IMG/VR virus record: IMGVR_UViG_3300009603_000044
Coordinates: 1-28,910 of that record
Origin: a virus
Lineage: Duplodnaviria; Caudoviricetes
Length of the DNA stretch: 28,910 bases
Strand: one strand, 5' to 3'
Position numbers and translations under genes: made by a program
The notes under the pieces: generated by a model
The model's database searches: none
Seen by the model: the letters and a program-made list of their open reading frames with translations, nothing else
Told to the model about the DNA's origin: nothing
Shown: in pieces, positions 8,294-15,523 of the stretch
How the letters are laid out: every line of letters starts with the position of its first letter
Numbering within the stretch: position 1 is the stretch's first letter

Positions 8294-8452
8294 ATGAATG
8301 AGCAAACGTGTTGTTATATTTGTAAGCTAGGCTTTCTACCAGAAGAACCCGCCCCCTCACTCTATAATAGAGAGGGAATATATTTATGTAAACATTGTCT
8401 GGATGTCACAAATTCTAGGGCAACTAAAATGGAGCAACAAGGAGTAACATGA
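8294..8452 (+). CDS. Small C4 zinc-finger protein, 52 aa (below the ORF-track cutoff)
   Basis: MNEQTCCYICKLGFLPEEPAPSLYNREGIYLCKHCLDVTNSRATKMEQQGVT has two CxxC pairs. First ORF after the promoter; its stop overlaps the next ATG (ATGA). Confidence 0.65.
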   Translation: MNEQTCCYICKLGFLPEEPAPSLYNREGIYLCKHCLDVTNSRATKMEQQGVT

Positions 8453-9219
8453 AAAAACAACCCAATACAGTTTACATTGGCTACGATCCCAAGGAGGACG
8501 TGGCTTATGAAGTTTTGAAGTTCACCATCGAGAGGATCGCCGTTGATAATGTACGAATTGTTCCTATTCGCCGTGATGTTGTTGAGCATATGGGCATGTA
8601 TAATAGGAAATATGATGTACTTGACGGTCAAGATGTAGATCGGATTGACGGCCACCCATTCTCCAGTGAGTTCAGCTTTACTAGATTTCTAGTTCCGGCC
8701 CTGAATATGTATCAAGGCTGGGCCTTATATATGGACTGTGATATGTATCTGCGAACGGACATCAATGAGCTGTTCGAGGAATATGATATGTCCTACTATC
8801 CTGTTTATTGTGTCAAGCATAAGTATGCTCCCGGTCCCGGCCTGAAGATGGATGGTAAGGTACAGGAAAACTACCGAAGGAAGAACTGGTCGAGCTTTGT
8901 TCTGTGGAATTGTGCTCATCCCCTCAATCAAAATCTTACGGTTGAGGCTGTCAATACTCAAACAGGCAGATGGCTACACGGCTTTGGGTGGTTACCTGAT
9001 AAGGATGGAGACATTGGCCCTATCCATGAGGAATGGAACTGGCTGGACAACCACTCTGACGAAGGAATAGAAGCCAAGAACGTACACTTCACAACTGGTG
9101 GGCCTTGGTTTAAAGACTGGGAGTGTGGTCGAACTATTGATGGACAGTATGCCGCAGAGTGGAACGGAGATTACACCTATCTGGCAGGTATGGGGAAAGT
9201 AAAACCTTATGAAATATAA
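8449..9219 (+). CDS. GT-A fold glycosyltransferase, GT8-like (plant CDI-like clade)
   Basis: VYIGYDPKE, SSEFSFTRFLVP, YMDCDM (DxD), RKNWSS..LWNC.HP, EWNWL and HFTTGGPWF. AAGGAG RBS. Confidence 0.88.
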   Translation: MKKQPNTVYIGYDPKEDVAYEVLKFTIERIAVDNVRIVPIRRDVVEHMGMYNRKYDVLDGQDVDRIDGHPFSSEFSFTRFLVPALNMYQGWALYMDCDMYLRTDINELFEEYDMSYYPVYCVKHKYAPGPGLKMDGKVQENYRRKNWSSFVLWNCAHPLNQNLTVEAVNTQTGRWLHGFGWLPDKDGDIGPIHEEWNWLDNHSDEGIEAKNVHFTTGGPWFKDWECGRTIDGQYAAEWNGDYTYLAGMGKVKPYEI

Positions 9220-11563
9220 AGTAGTAACATGCTTCGATGAGAACGAGCTAAAACATAATGGCTCCAGACTTCTTGAGCAGTTCAAGAATAATTGGCAACC
9301 CAGTATTGAGTTCCATTGTTATTACCATGACATGGATATATCTAATTACTCGTTGCCCAAGGCTAAGAATATTAAGTATCACAACTTGTCCGATGTAGAA
9401 GAGTACACTACATTTATAGAAGAAAACAAATCTCACGATGGCACCGAGGGTGGTGCTGTTGTTTATACTGATCTTCTCGATGGGATTGGAACAGCTTCCA
9501 AGGTATTTGCAATAAGTGAATGTGCCTTTAATAACAAAGGCTGTTGGCTTCTCTGGATAGATCCTCTCTGTCTTAACCTGAAAGATATACGTACTACAAC
9601 CTTAGACCGATACTTTCCAAAGAAAGATAGTGATGTAGATTTTGCATCTATTCCAGAGAATGATCACCTTCTGGCATTCAACATTGGTAGACAAACCAGT
9701 GTTGATTTGCTGGGAGATTGGCGTGGAGCTTACATGTCAGGAGAGTATATGAACTATCGAGAATGGGGTAGTTCCTTTATTCTTGGCAGACTTGTTACTA
9801 TTTATAATTCTCACGGCATGTCTCTTCACGAGATAGAAGATATGGATAATATTCTTATTAGCTTAAAGAATAAGGACATGCAAGCTGCCCGAGATAGTTT
9901 TGGTAACAGGATACTTCCTTTATCTGATACCGAAACTTCCCCGGACATCCTTCCTAATAGATATAGACAGCTTGCTGATCTGATAAGATTTTATAAGCCC
10001 AAGACCATTCTGGAGACGGGGACATGGAATGGGGGAAGGGCCATAGAAATGGCTCTGGCATCCTTTGACAACAACGATAAGGTTCACTACATAGGTTACG
10101 ACCTATTCGAGGAGGCTACTACCCAGACAGACAAGGAAGAGTTTAATGCCAAGCCACACAATACCAAGGCGGCAGTAGTAAAACGTCTGGATGAATTTGC
10201 AGAGCATATGAAGGATGAAAAAAATAAGACGTTTACTTATGAATTATATAAAGGTAATGTACAAGAGACACTTAATGGTATTTATATTGATAAGGTAGAC
10301 TTTGCTTTAATAGGTAGCGGGAATAGTGAGAAGACAGTCAAGCATGAATATATTGTATTAAAAAACATTCCGGTGGTAGTGGGTGATCACTTCTTTACAA
10401 AGGACGACGATGATGGAATGCCTCCCGAAGAATATCAAGGAATTAAAAAAGTATTTGATAAGGTTCAGACAAAGAAAGTAGACGCCCAGAAAACAACAGA
10501 AGATGGCTGGACAGATTTTGACGAGAAGTCAATCACTCGAAAGTATGTACTGCCATCCAGTGATAAGGTAGCAGGAGGAGGACACACCCATCTGGTAGTC
10601 TTTCTTCACAATCCTGACTTGGAAGATATTCCTGAAGATCTGAAACGTGTTCCTATTGTTGTGCATCCCAGAGATTGTGTCTCCAAGGACTACATCAAAA
10701 GTAATATTAAAACTAATATGGAACTGCTTGATTCCAAGAAATGGGTATCGAAGCATCCCCCGCACAAAGAAAAGGGTATTATAGTATCGGCTGGTCCTTA
10801 TCTAGATTATAAGAAACTGAAAAAGTTTATCAAGGAAAATCCAGACTCCAAGGTGGTAACGGTTAAACATGCCTATCCCCACCTTCTTAAAAATAAAATA
10901 AAACCGTGGGGATGTGTTGTTCTGGACCCAAGATCTATAACAGGAAAAAGCACCCACAATATTGTTCGGAAAGATTTGTTCAAGACCATTGATCCCCAGA
11001 CAAATTTCTTTATTGCTTCGATGACAGACCCATCTGTAACTAATTTTCTTCTGGATAGTGATGCTCGCATCTGGGGTTGGCACGCCTTCACAGATTCTCT
11101 TCGCCAAGAAAACGAACAAGGATCAATTATAGAGAACCATCAAGTCAAACTTAATGAAGAGCTGGGAATACCCAAAGGAGCTACCCTTATTACAGGTGGG
11201 ACATGTGCAGCAATGCGCTCTATCGGACTACTTCACACAATGGGGTTCCGGGATATCCATCTCTTTGGCTTTGAATGTTGCAGGAAGAAACCCACAAAGA
11301 AAGAAATGACAGAGACTGTGGGGGACATTGAAGGTGGAGAAACGCCCAAGCCAAAATACATTCAAGTGAATGTTAAAGATGAGACTTACTGGACAACCGG
11401 AGAACTTCTGGCAATGGCCCAAGACTGCGAGAAAATATTCTCGGACTCAGCTTTGGATGGTATTCTTTCCTTTCACGGGGAGGGTACAATGGTAGCAGAT
11501 CTTTGGGACATCAAAGAAGAGCAAGAATCCAGACCAGTCTTCAGAGATTACTATGACAACTAG
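9209..11563 (+). CDS. Multidomain protein: degenerate GT-A-like domain + class I SAM methyltransferase + Maf/DUF115 (MptE-like) domain
   Basis: N-terminal VVTCF...KVFA...LLWID (GT-like). Middle PKTILETGTWNGG...YIGYDLFE (SAM binding). C-terminal IIVSAGPYL, IKPWGCVVLDP, GGTCAAMR, MGFRDIHLFGFE (Maf_flag10-like). Confidence 0.75.
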   Translation: MKYKVVTCFDENELKHNGSRLLEQFKNNWQPSIEFHCYYHDMDISNYSLPKAKNIKYHNLSDVEEYTTFIEENKSHDGTEGGAVVYTDLLDGIGTASKVFAISECAFNNKGCWLLWIDPLCLNLKDIRTTTLDRYFPKKDSDVDFASIPENDHLLAFNIGRQTSVDLLGDWRGAYMSGEYMNYREWGSSFILGRLVTIYNSHGMSLHEIEDMDNILISLKNKDMQAARDSFGNRILPLSDTETSPDILPNRYRQLADLIRFYKPKTILETGTWNGGRAIEMALASFDNNDKVHYIGYDLFEEATTQTDKEEFNAKPHNTKAAVVKRLDEFAEHMKDEKNKTFTYELYKGNVQETLNGIYIDKVDFALIGSGNSEKTVKHEYIVLKNIPVVVGDHFFTKDDDDGMPPEEYQGIKKVFDKVQTKKVDAQKTTEDGWTDFDEKSITRKYVLPSSDKVAGGGHTHLVVFLHNPDLEDIPEDLKRVPIVVHPRDCVSKDYIKSNIKTNMELLDSKKWVSKHPPHKEKGIIVSAGPYLDYKKLKKFIKENPDSKVVTVKHAYPHLLKNKIKPWGCVVLDPRSITGKSTHNIVRKDLFKTIDPQTNFFIASMTDPSVTNFLLDSDARIWGWHAFTDSLRQENEQGSIIENHQVKLNEELGIPKGATLITGGTCAAMRSIGLLHTMGFRDIHLFGFECCRKKPTKKEMTETVGDIEGGETPKPKYIQVNVKDETYWTTGELLAMAQDCEKIFSDSALDGILSFHGEGTMVADLWDIKEEQESRPVFRDYYDN

Positions 11564-12239
11564 GGATATCTCTCCGGGAGAACACTTCAATCGGGACAAG
11601 CCTTCCAAGAAATATACATCTCTTCTGGAAGAATACAAAGTTATGCATGATATCTCGGACAGAATGTTCAATGGAAGAAGCCTGTTAAAATTTGTAGATA
11701 TTATCCAAGCCTATCTGGAGAAAAATGAGTGTGATTCTGTGCTAGATTATGGCTCCGGGAAGGGAGCCTTATACACTGAAGAGTTTCACACAATAACAAA
11801 CGAAATAAATAAACCTCTTCCTGAGTATTGGGGTATTGATTTATGTGCTCTCTACGATCCAGCTTATGAGGAACATGCAAGTCTACCCAGTGGTAAATTC
11901 GATGCGGTCATTTGCACAGATGTTCTGGAACACATACCTGAGGCTGATCTGGGATGGGTACTCCAAGAGATCTTTTCCAAAGCCAATAAGATGGTGTTCC
12001 TTAACGTCGCTTGTTTCCCGGCCCTTAAGAAACTGAAGGATGGGTCCAATGCACACGTATCTATTTTCTCTACGGAAGATTGGATACAATTTGTAGCTAA
12101 AGCGAGCATCGCATTTAAGGATCTTAAGATATATTTATTTGCGGACAACATAGATAAGGAAGACGGGGAGTTTACCGTGAGAGGTTTCAAAATAGAAAGC
12201 AAACCACACGTAACAGAATTACAAGGAGAACCTAAATAA
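11553..12239 (+). CDS. Class I SAM-dependent methyltransferase
   Basis: SVLDYGSGKG, LYDPA, FDAVICTDVLEHIPE and a NAH motif. Resembles glycan/small-molecule MTases; no DPPY or PC DNA-MTase motif. Confidence 0.88.
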   Translation: MTTRDISPGEHFNRDKPSKKYTSLLEEYKVMHDISDRMFNGRSLLKFVDIIQAYLEKNECDSVLDYGSGKGALYTEEFHTITNEINKPLPEYWGIDLCALYDPAYEEHASLPSGKFDAVICTDVLEHIPEADLGWVLQEIFSKANKMVFLNVACFPALKKLKDGSNAHVSIFSTEDWIQFVAKASIAFKDLKIYLFADNIDKEDGEFTVRGFKIESKPHVTELQGEPK

Positions 12240-12643
12240 TGTTTGGAATAGTAGAATCAATCGTGGGAGTGGCAGGAAAGGTTCTTGACAAGTTTGTGGA
12301 GGACAAAGATCTGAAGACCAAGCTTGAGGCTGAGTTTAAGACACAGTTACTTACTCTGGACTTGGCTCAAGCAGCTACGAACCTTGAACAAGCGAAACAT
12401 CCCTCCATATTCGTCGCCGGAGCTAGACCGAGCATCATGTGGATATGCGCCTTCGCTCTGGCTTGGCAATTCATTGGCGCTCCTATTGCAGCTTGGGTTG
12501 TGGTGATGTGGTATCCCACTGTTACCTTACCAGTTCTGGAAACTGGAGAGCTTACTGGACTAGTACTTGCTCTGCTTGGTCTAGGTACAATGCGTACCGC
12601 TGAGAAGATGAAGGGAGTTTCCCGAGACAACATGAAGAAGTAG
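12239..12643 (+). CDS. Holin, GTA_holin_3TM-like
   Basis: GKVLDKFVEDKD, FVAGARPSIMWIC, hydrophobic helices, LLGLGTMRTAEK.KGV. Confidence 0.85.
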   Translation: MFGIVESIVGVAGKVLDKFVEDKDLKTKLEAEFKTQLLTLDLAQAATNLEQAKHPSIFVAGARPSIMWICAFALAWQFIGAPIAAWVVVMWYPTVTLPVLETGELTGLVLALLGLGTMRTAEKMKGVSRDNMKK

Positions 12644-12651
12644 AAAATTTA

Positions 12652-13536
12652 ATGAGACATCTCCTATCTATAGAAGAGTATGACAAGGACAGCCTTACTG
12701 CCTTGTTTAATCTTGCTCAACACTATCAGAATAATGGGCCTAATCGCCAGTTATTCTTTGATAGGGGCAAGCCTACCAAGCTACTAGCTAATCTTTTCTA
12801 TGAGCCGTCCACCAGAACAAGCTCAAGTTTCTTTGCGGCCATGAAAAGATTAGGCTACGATGTCTTACCTATTAATGGGGTACAGTATTCCAGTGTGGCA
12901 AAGGGAGAGACTCTGGAAGATACCATCAGAACTCTCTCCAGCTATGTGGATGTGATTGCCCTGCGACATCCCGAAGTAGGGGCTTCCCGGAGAGCCTCTC
13001 ATGTGTCTTCTGTTCCCATCATCAATGCAGGAGATGGAGTGGGAGAACATCCCACACAAACTCTGCTAGATCTATATACAATCTGGCAAAGATTTGGAAA
13101 AATAGATAATCTTACACTAACATTGATGGGGGATCTTAAGAATGGCAGAACAATTCACAGTCTATTGGAAGTTCTGAAATTATTCAATGTGAAAATTCAG
13201 TTGGTAAGTCCTGATAATCTTGTCGCTCCATTCCGGTACGGACAAGGAATAAATATATTCTCCTCGGGAGTTCTGACAAAGTTTATTTGCCAACAGACAG
13301 ACGTTCTGTATATGACCAGAGTTCAGGAAGAGAGAGGCTCTGTAGGTAAGTATAAGTTAGTCAAAGATAATGTAAATGAGTTCAAGAAGGATATGATTGT
13401 GATGCACCCCTTCCCTCGTAATAAAGAAATACCCACTTGGTTTGACTCAGACCCCAGAGCCTACTACTTTAAACAAATTGAAAATGGATTGTATATGCGT
13501 ATGGCTATCCTGAATGAGATATTAAGTAATGAATAA
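12652..13536 (+). CDS. pyrB: Aspartate carbamoyltransferase catalytic subunit
   Basis: FYEPSTRT, SSVAKGETLEDT, LRHP, INAGDG..EHPTQ, GDLKNGRT, YMTRVQEER and MHPFPR. Both carbamoyl-phosphate and aspartate-binding residues are recognisable. Confidence 0.96.
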   Translation: MRHLLSIEEYDKDSLTALFNLAQHYQNNGPNRQLFFDRGKPTKLLANLFYEPSTRTSSSFFAAMKRLGYDVLPINGVQYSSVAKGETLEDTIRTLSSYVDVIALRHPEVGASRRASHVSSVPIINAGDGVGEHPTQTLLDLYTIWQRFGKIDNLTLTLMGDLKNGRTIHSLLEVLKLFNVKIQLVSPDNLVAPFRYGQGINIFSSGVLTKFICQQTDVLYMTRVQEERGSVGKYKLVKDNVNEFKKDMIVMHPFPRNKEIPTWFDSDPRAYYFKQIENGLYMRMAILNEILSNE

Positions 13537-14020
13537 TAAACAGGAAAAGTTTTCCCAAGCTTATGTGTTGCACCGCAATGCAACCGAGGCAGCAAAGGCT
13601 GCTGGCTATTCTTCCCGCTCCTCTGCCAATCAGGGTTACCGCTTGCTACAAATGCAAGAAGTAATCGACCGGATACACGAACTGGAGCAGCAGCTTGAAA
13701 CGAATGTTAATGTTATCGAGGAGCTTGAAGGTCAGTATGCCTTTGCCAAATCGAGTGGGCATACGAATAGTGCAATCAAAGCTTTGGAATTATTGTCCAG
13801 AGTTCGGGGAGCTAACTCCGATTCAACTGGATTGATGGATAAGGAAACACTGGAGACAGCCATTGTGGGATGTCTTAATGTATTAGGAGAAGAAAAAGTT
13901 GTTCAGCTTTTATCGAAGTGTGATTTCTCTGAGGGAATTCTTGAAGAGGACACTGAAGAAGATGCAGGAGGGCCGAGCACAGTCGGTCAAGAGGATGGGA
14001 CCGTGGTAGATATAGAATGA
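13529..14020 (+). CDS. terS: Terminase small subunit
   Basis: KQEKFSQAYV...NATEAAKAAGYS...ANQGYRLL HTH signature, AIKALELL and an acidic tail. Confidence 0.85.
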   Translation: MNNKQEKFSQAYVLHRNATEAAKAAGYSSRSSANQGYRLLQMQEVIDRIHELEQQLETNVNVIEELEGQYAFAKSSGHTNSAIKALELLSRVRGANSDSTGLMDKETLETAIVGCLNVLGEEKVVQLLSKCDFSEGILEEDTEEDAGGPSTVGQEDGTVVDIE

Positions 14021-14430
14021 CAATTTGTTATTATTGTGGAGCATCAAATCCAGACACACTAGATCATACTATACCTGTCTCTTATTATTCTTCTGAGCCA
14101 GTCAGAAAGAAGAAGTCCAGTTATATAGATCCTGTTCCTGTTGTAGATTCTTGTAGGGAATGTAATAGCACAATAAATAGCAAATTGATTTTTGATGTGA
14201 GGGGAAGAGCTAAACATATAAAAGAAAGATATTTAAAAAAATATGGTAGTCTTTTGAAGTCACCTGACTGGGATGAAGAAGATCTTGAAGATCTGGGATG
14301 GAGTTTGCGTTCAACAGTGGAAAATAACATTCAACTGAAAGAAAATATTCAAAACAGACTGTCTAGCTTAGATATGGTAATAGATCTTCCGTATGATCCC
14401 TTTGTTGCAGAAAAAGAAGCTCTAGGATGA
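14017..14430 (+). CDS. HNH endonuclease
   Basis: CYYCG...TLDHTIPVS...VDSCRECN. ATGA-coupled to terS; AT-rich. Confidence 0.85.
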   Translation: MTICYYCGASNPDTLDHTIPVSYYSSEPVRKKKSSYIDPVPVVDSCRECNSTINSKLIFDVRGRAKHIKERYLKKYGSLLKSPDWDEEDLEDLGWSLRSTVENNIQLKENIQNRLSSLDMVIDLPYDPFVAEKEALG

Positions 14431-14546
14431 GGCTAGGATACCCTTCCACGGACAAAATGTCCTCGAACACACGGAAATCCTTATTCTTCTGTACGGGGCT
14501 TAAAACGCCGTACAGAGGATTTAGTAATATGGGGGTACTATATTGA
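14427..14546 (+). CDS. Possible 39-aa bridging mini-ORF
   Basis: MRLGYPSTDKMSSNTRKSLFFCTGLKTPYRGFSNMGVLY. ATGA overlap with the HNH stop and TGATG overlap with ATG 14546. No recognisable motif. Confidence 0.3.
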   Translation: MRLGYPSTDKMSSNTRKSLFFCTGLKTPYRGFSNMGVLY

Positions 14547-14860
14547 TGGTTGATTCTGAAATGATAGATAAAAATCACATAATAGCCAATCTCAAAGAAG
14601 TATATGATCCTGAGATCAGTGTCAACGTATATGACTTGGGATTAATATATGATATTATCATAGATGAAAAAGAAGGTTCGGTAGATATCATTGCTACTCT
14701 AACGAGTGCGTTCTGTCCTTTCGCTGATGATATTATTAGTAGTATAACCAAAGCGTGTTATGTGGAAAATGTTCAGAGAGCACATGTGGAGATAACATTT
14801 GATCCTCCATTTACAATTGACAGCGTACCAGAAGAAACAAGAGTAATTATGGGATGGTAG
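14546..14860 (+). CDS. DUF59 / SufT (PaaD-like) Fe-S cluster assembly protein
   Basis: LKEVYDPEISVNVYDLGLIY...TLTSAFCP...ITFDPPF, the DUF59 DPE...T...CP signature. Start could be 14543, 14546 or 14561. Confidence 0.92.
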   Translation: MVDSEMIDKNHIIANLKEVYDPEISVNVYDLGLIYDIIIDEKEGSVDIIATLTSAFCPFADDIISSITKACYVENVQRAHVEITFDPPFTIDSVPEETRVIMGW

Positions 14861-14878
14861 TGATAGCCTTCTAAGCTA

Positions 14879-15262
14879 TTACTTATAGCTCCACACCCAA
14901 GGTCGGGGATGCTTGTCACTATCATCCATCATATCCAGATGCAGGAAACGTCTGTTGAAGTTGCCTCTCTGGGACACACCGATTCCCTTGAAGCCGTGGA
15001 TCACAGCCAGACGTAAGAGTCTATAGGCTTCCTCTCCTCCTACCACTATATCAACAGCTCGTCCGTATGTATGAGCAGAGTTAGGAGACCCACCTATTGC
15101 TGTGTTGTAAGATATGTCTCTATAACCGGAAGAGACTATCATGGGCTTATCATAGTCTTCCCGGAGTTGGATCAGCTTCTTCATGAAATTCTTATCCATG
15201 AAGCAGTCCCCTGTACCGCTACAACGTAACTCATTCTCCGTGAAGTATTGCCAGTCAGCCAT
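14879..15262 (-). CDS. Endolysin, peptidase M15A (Zn-dependent)
   Basis: YFTENELRC, VSSGYR, NSAHTYGRAVD (H...D) and FLHLD (third ligand). Confidence 0.92.
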   Translation of the reverse strand: MADWQYFTENELRCSGTGDCFMDKNFMKKLIQLREDYDKPMIVSSGYRDISYNTAIGGSPNSAHTYGRAVDIVVGGEEAYRLLRLAVIHGFKGIGVSQRGNFNRRFLHLDMMDDSDKHPRPWVWSYK

Positions 15263-15267
15263 CTAAC

Positions 15268-15510
15268 TTATTTCCTCATTAGTAGTGCATCAAGCTTTTC
15301 TTCCAGCTTATCGAACCTGTCCATAATCTTTTTAAGATCCCTCTCCACCTCAGCCTTGGTAGCGTAGGTCTTGGCAAACTCTTCTCTGGTATCTGTTACT
15401 CTTTTGCGAAGATCCGTTACCTGATTATTTATTCCCCTGATCCACCATATGAAGGAACCACAAGCCAAACTTAATATGGCATTCCAAATCATTGTTGTAT
15501 CTGCTGGCAT
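15268..15510 (-). CDS. Small membrane protein with C-terminal coiled coil (probable lysis-cassette component)
   Basis: ATG at 15510 follows AAGGAG. N-terminal TM segment IWNAILSLACGSFIWWI, then a heptad-rich tail (MDRFDKLEEKLDAL). Immediately upstream of the endolysin. Confidence 0.7.
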   Translation of the reverse strand: MPADTTMIWNAILSLACGSFIWWIRGINNQVTDLRKRVTDTREEFAKTYATKAEVERDLKKIMDRFDKLEEKLDALLMRK

Positions 15511-15523
15511 TACTAACTCCTTC

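Noticed and set aside
9960-12239. Methyltransferases as DNA (restriction-modification) methylases
   Set aside because: No DPPY/NPPY or PCQ/ENV catalytic motifs. The patterns fit glycan or small-molecule class I enzymes.
14861-14878. Bidirectional terminator at the convergence point
   Set aside because: Only a weak ATAGC/GCTAT 5-bp stem and no U-tracts.
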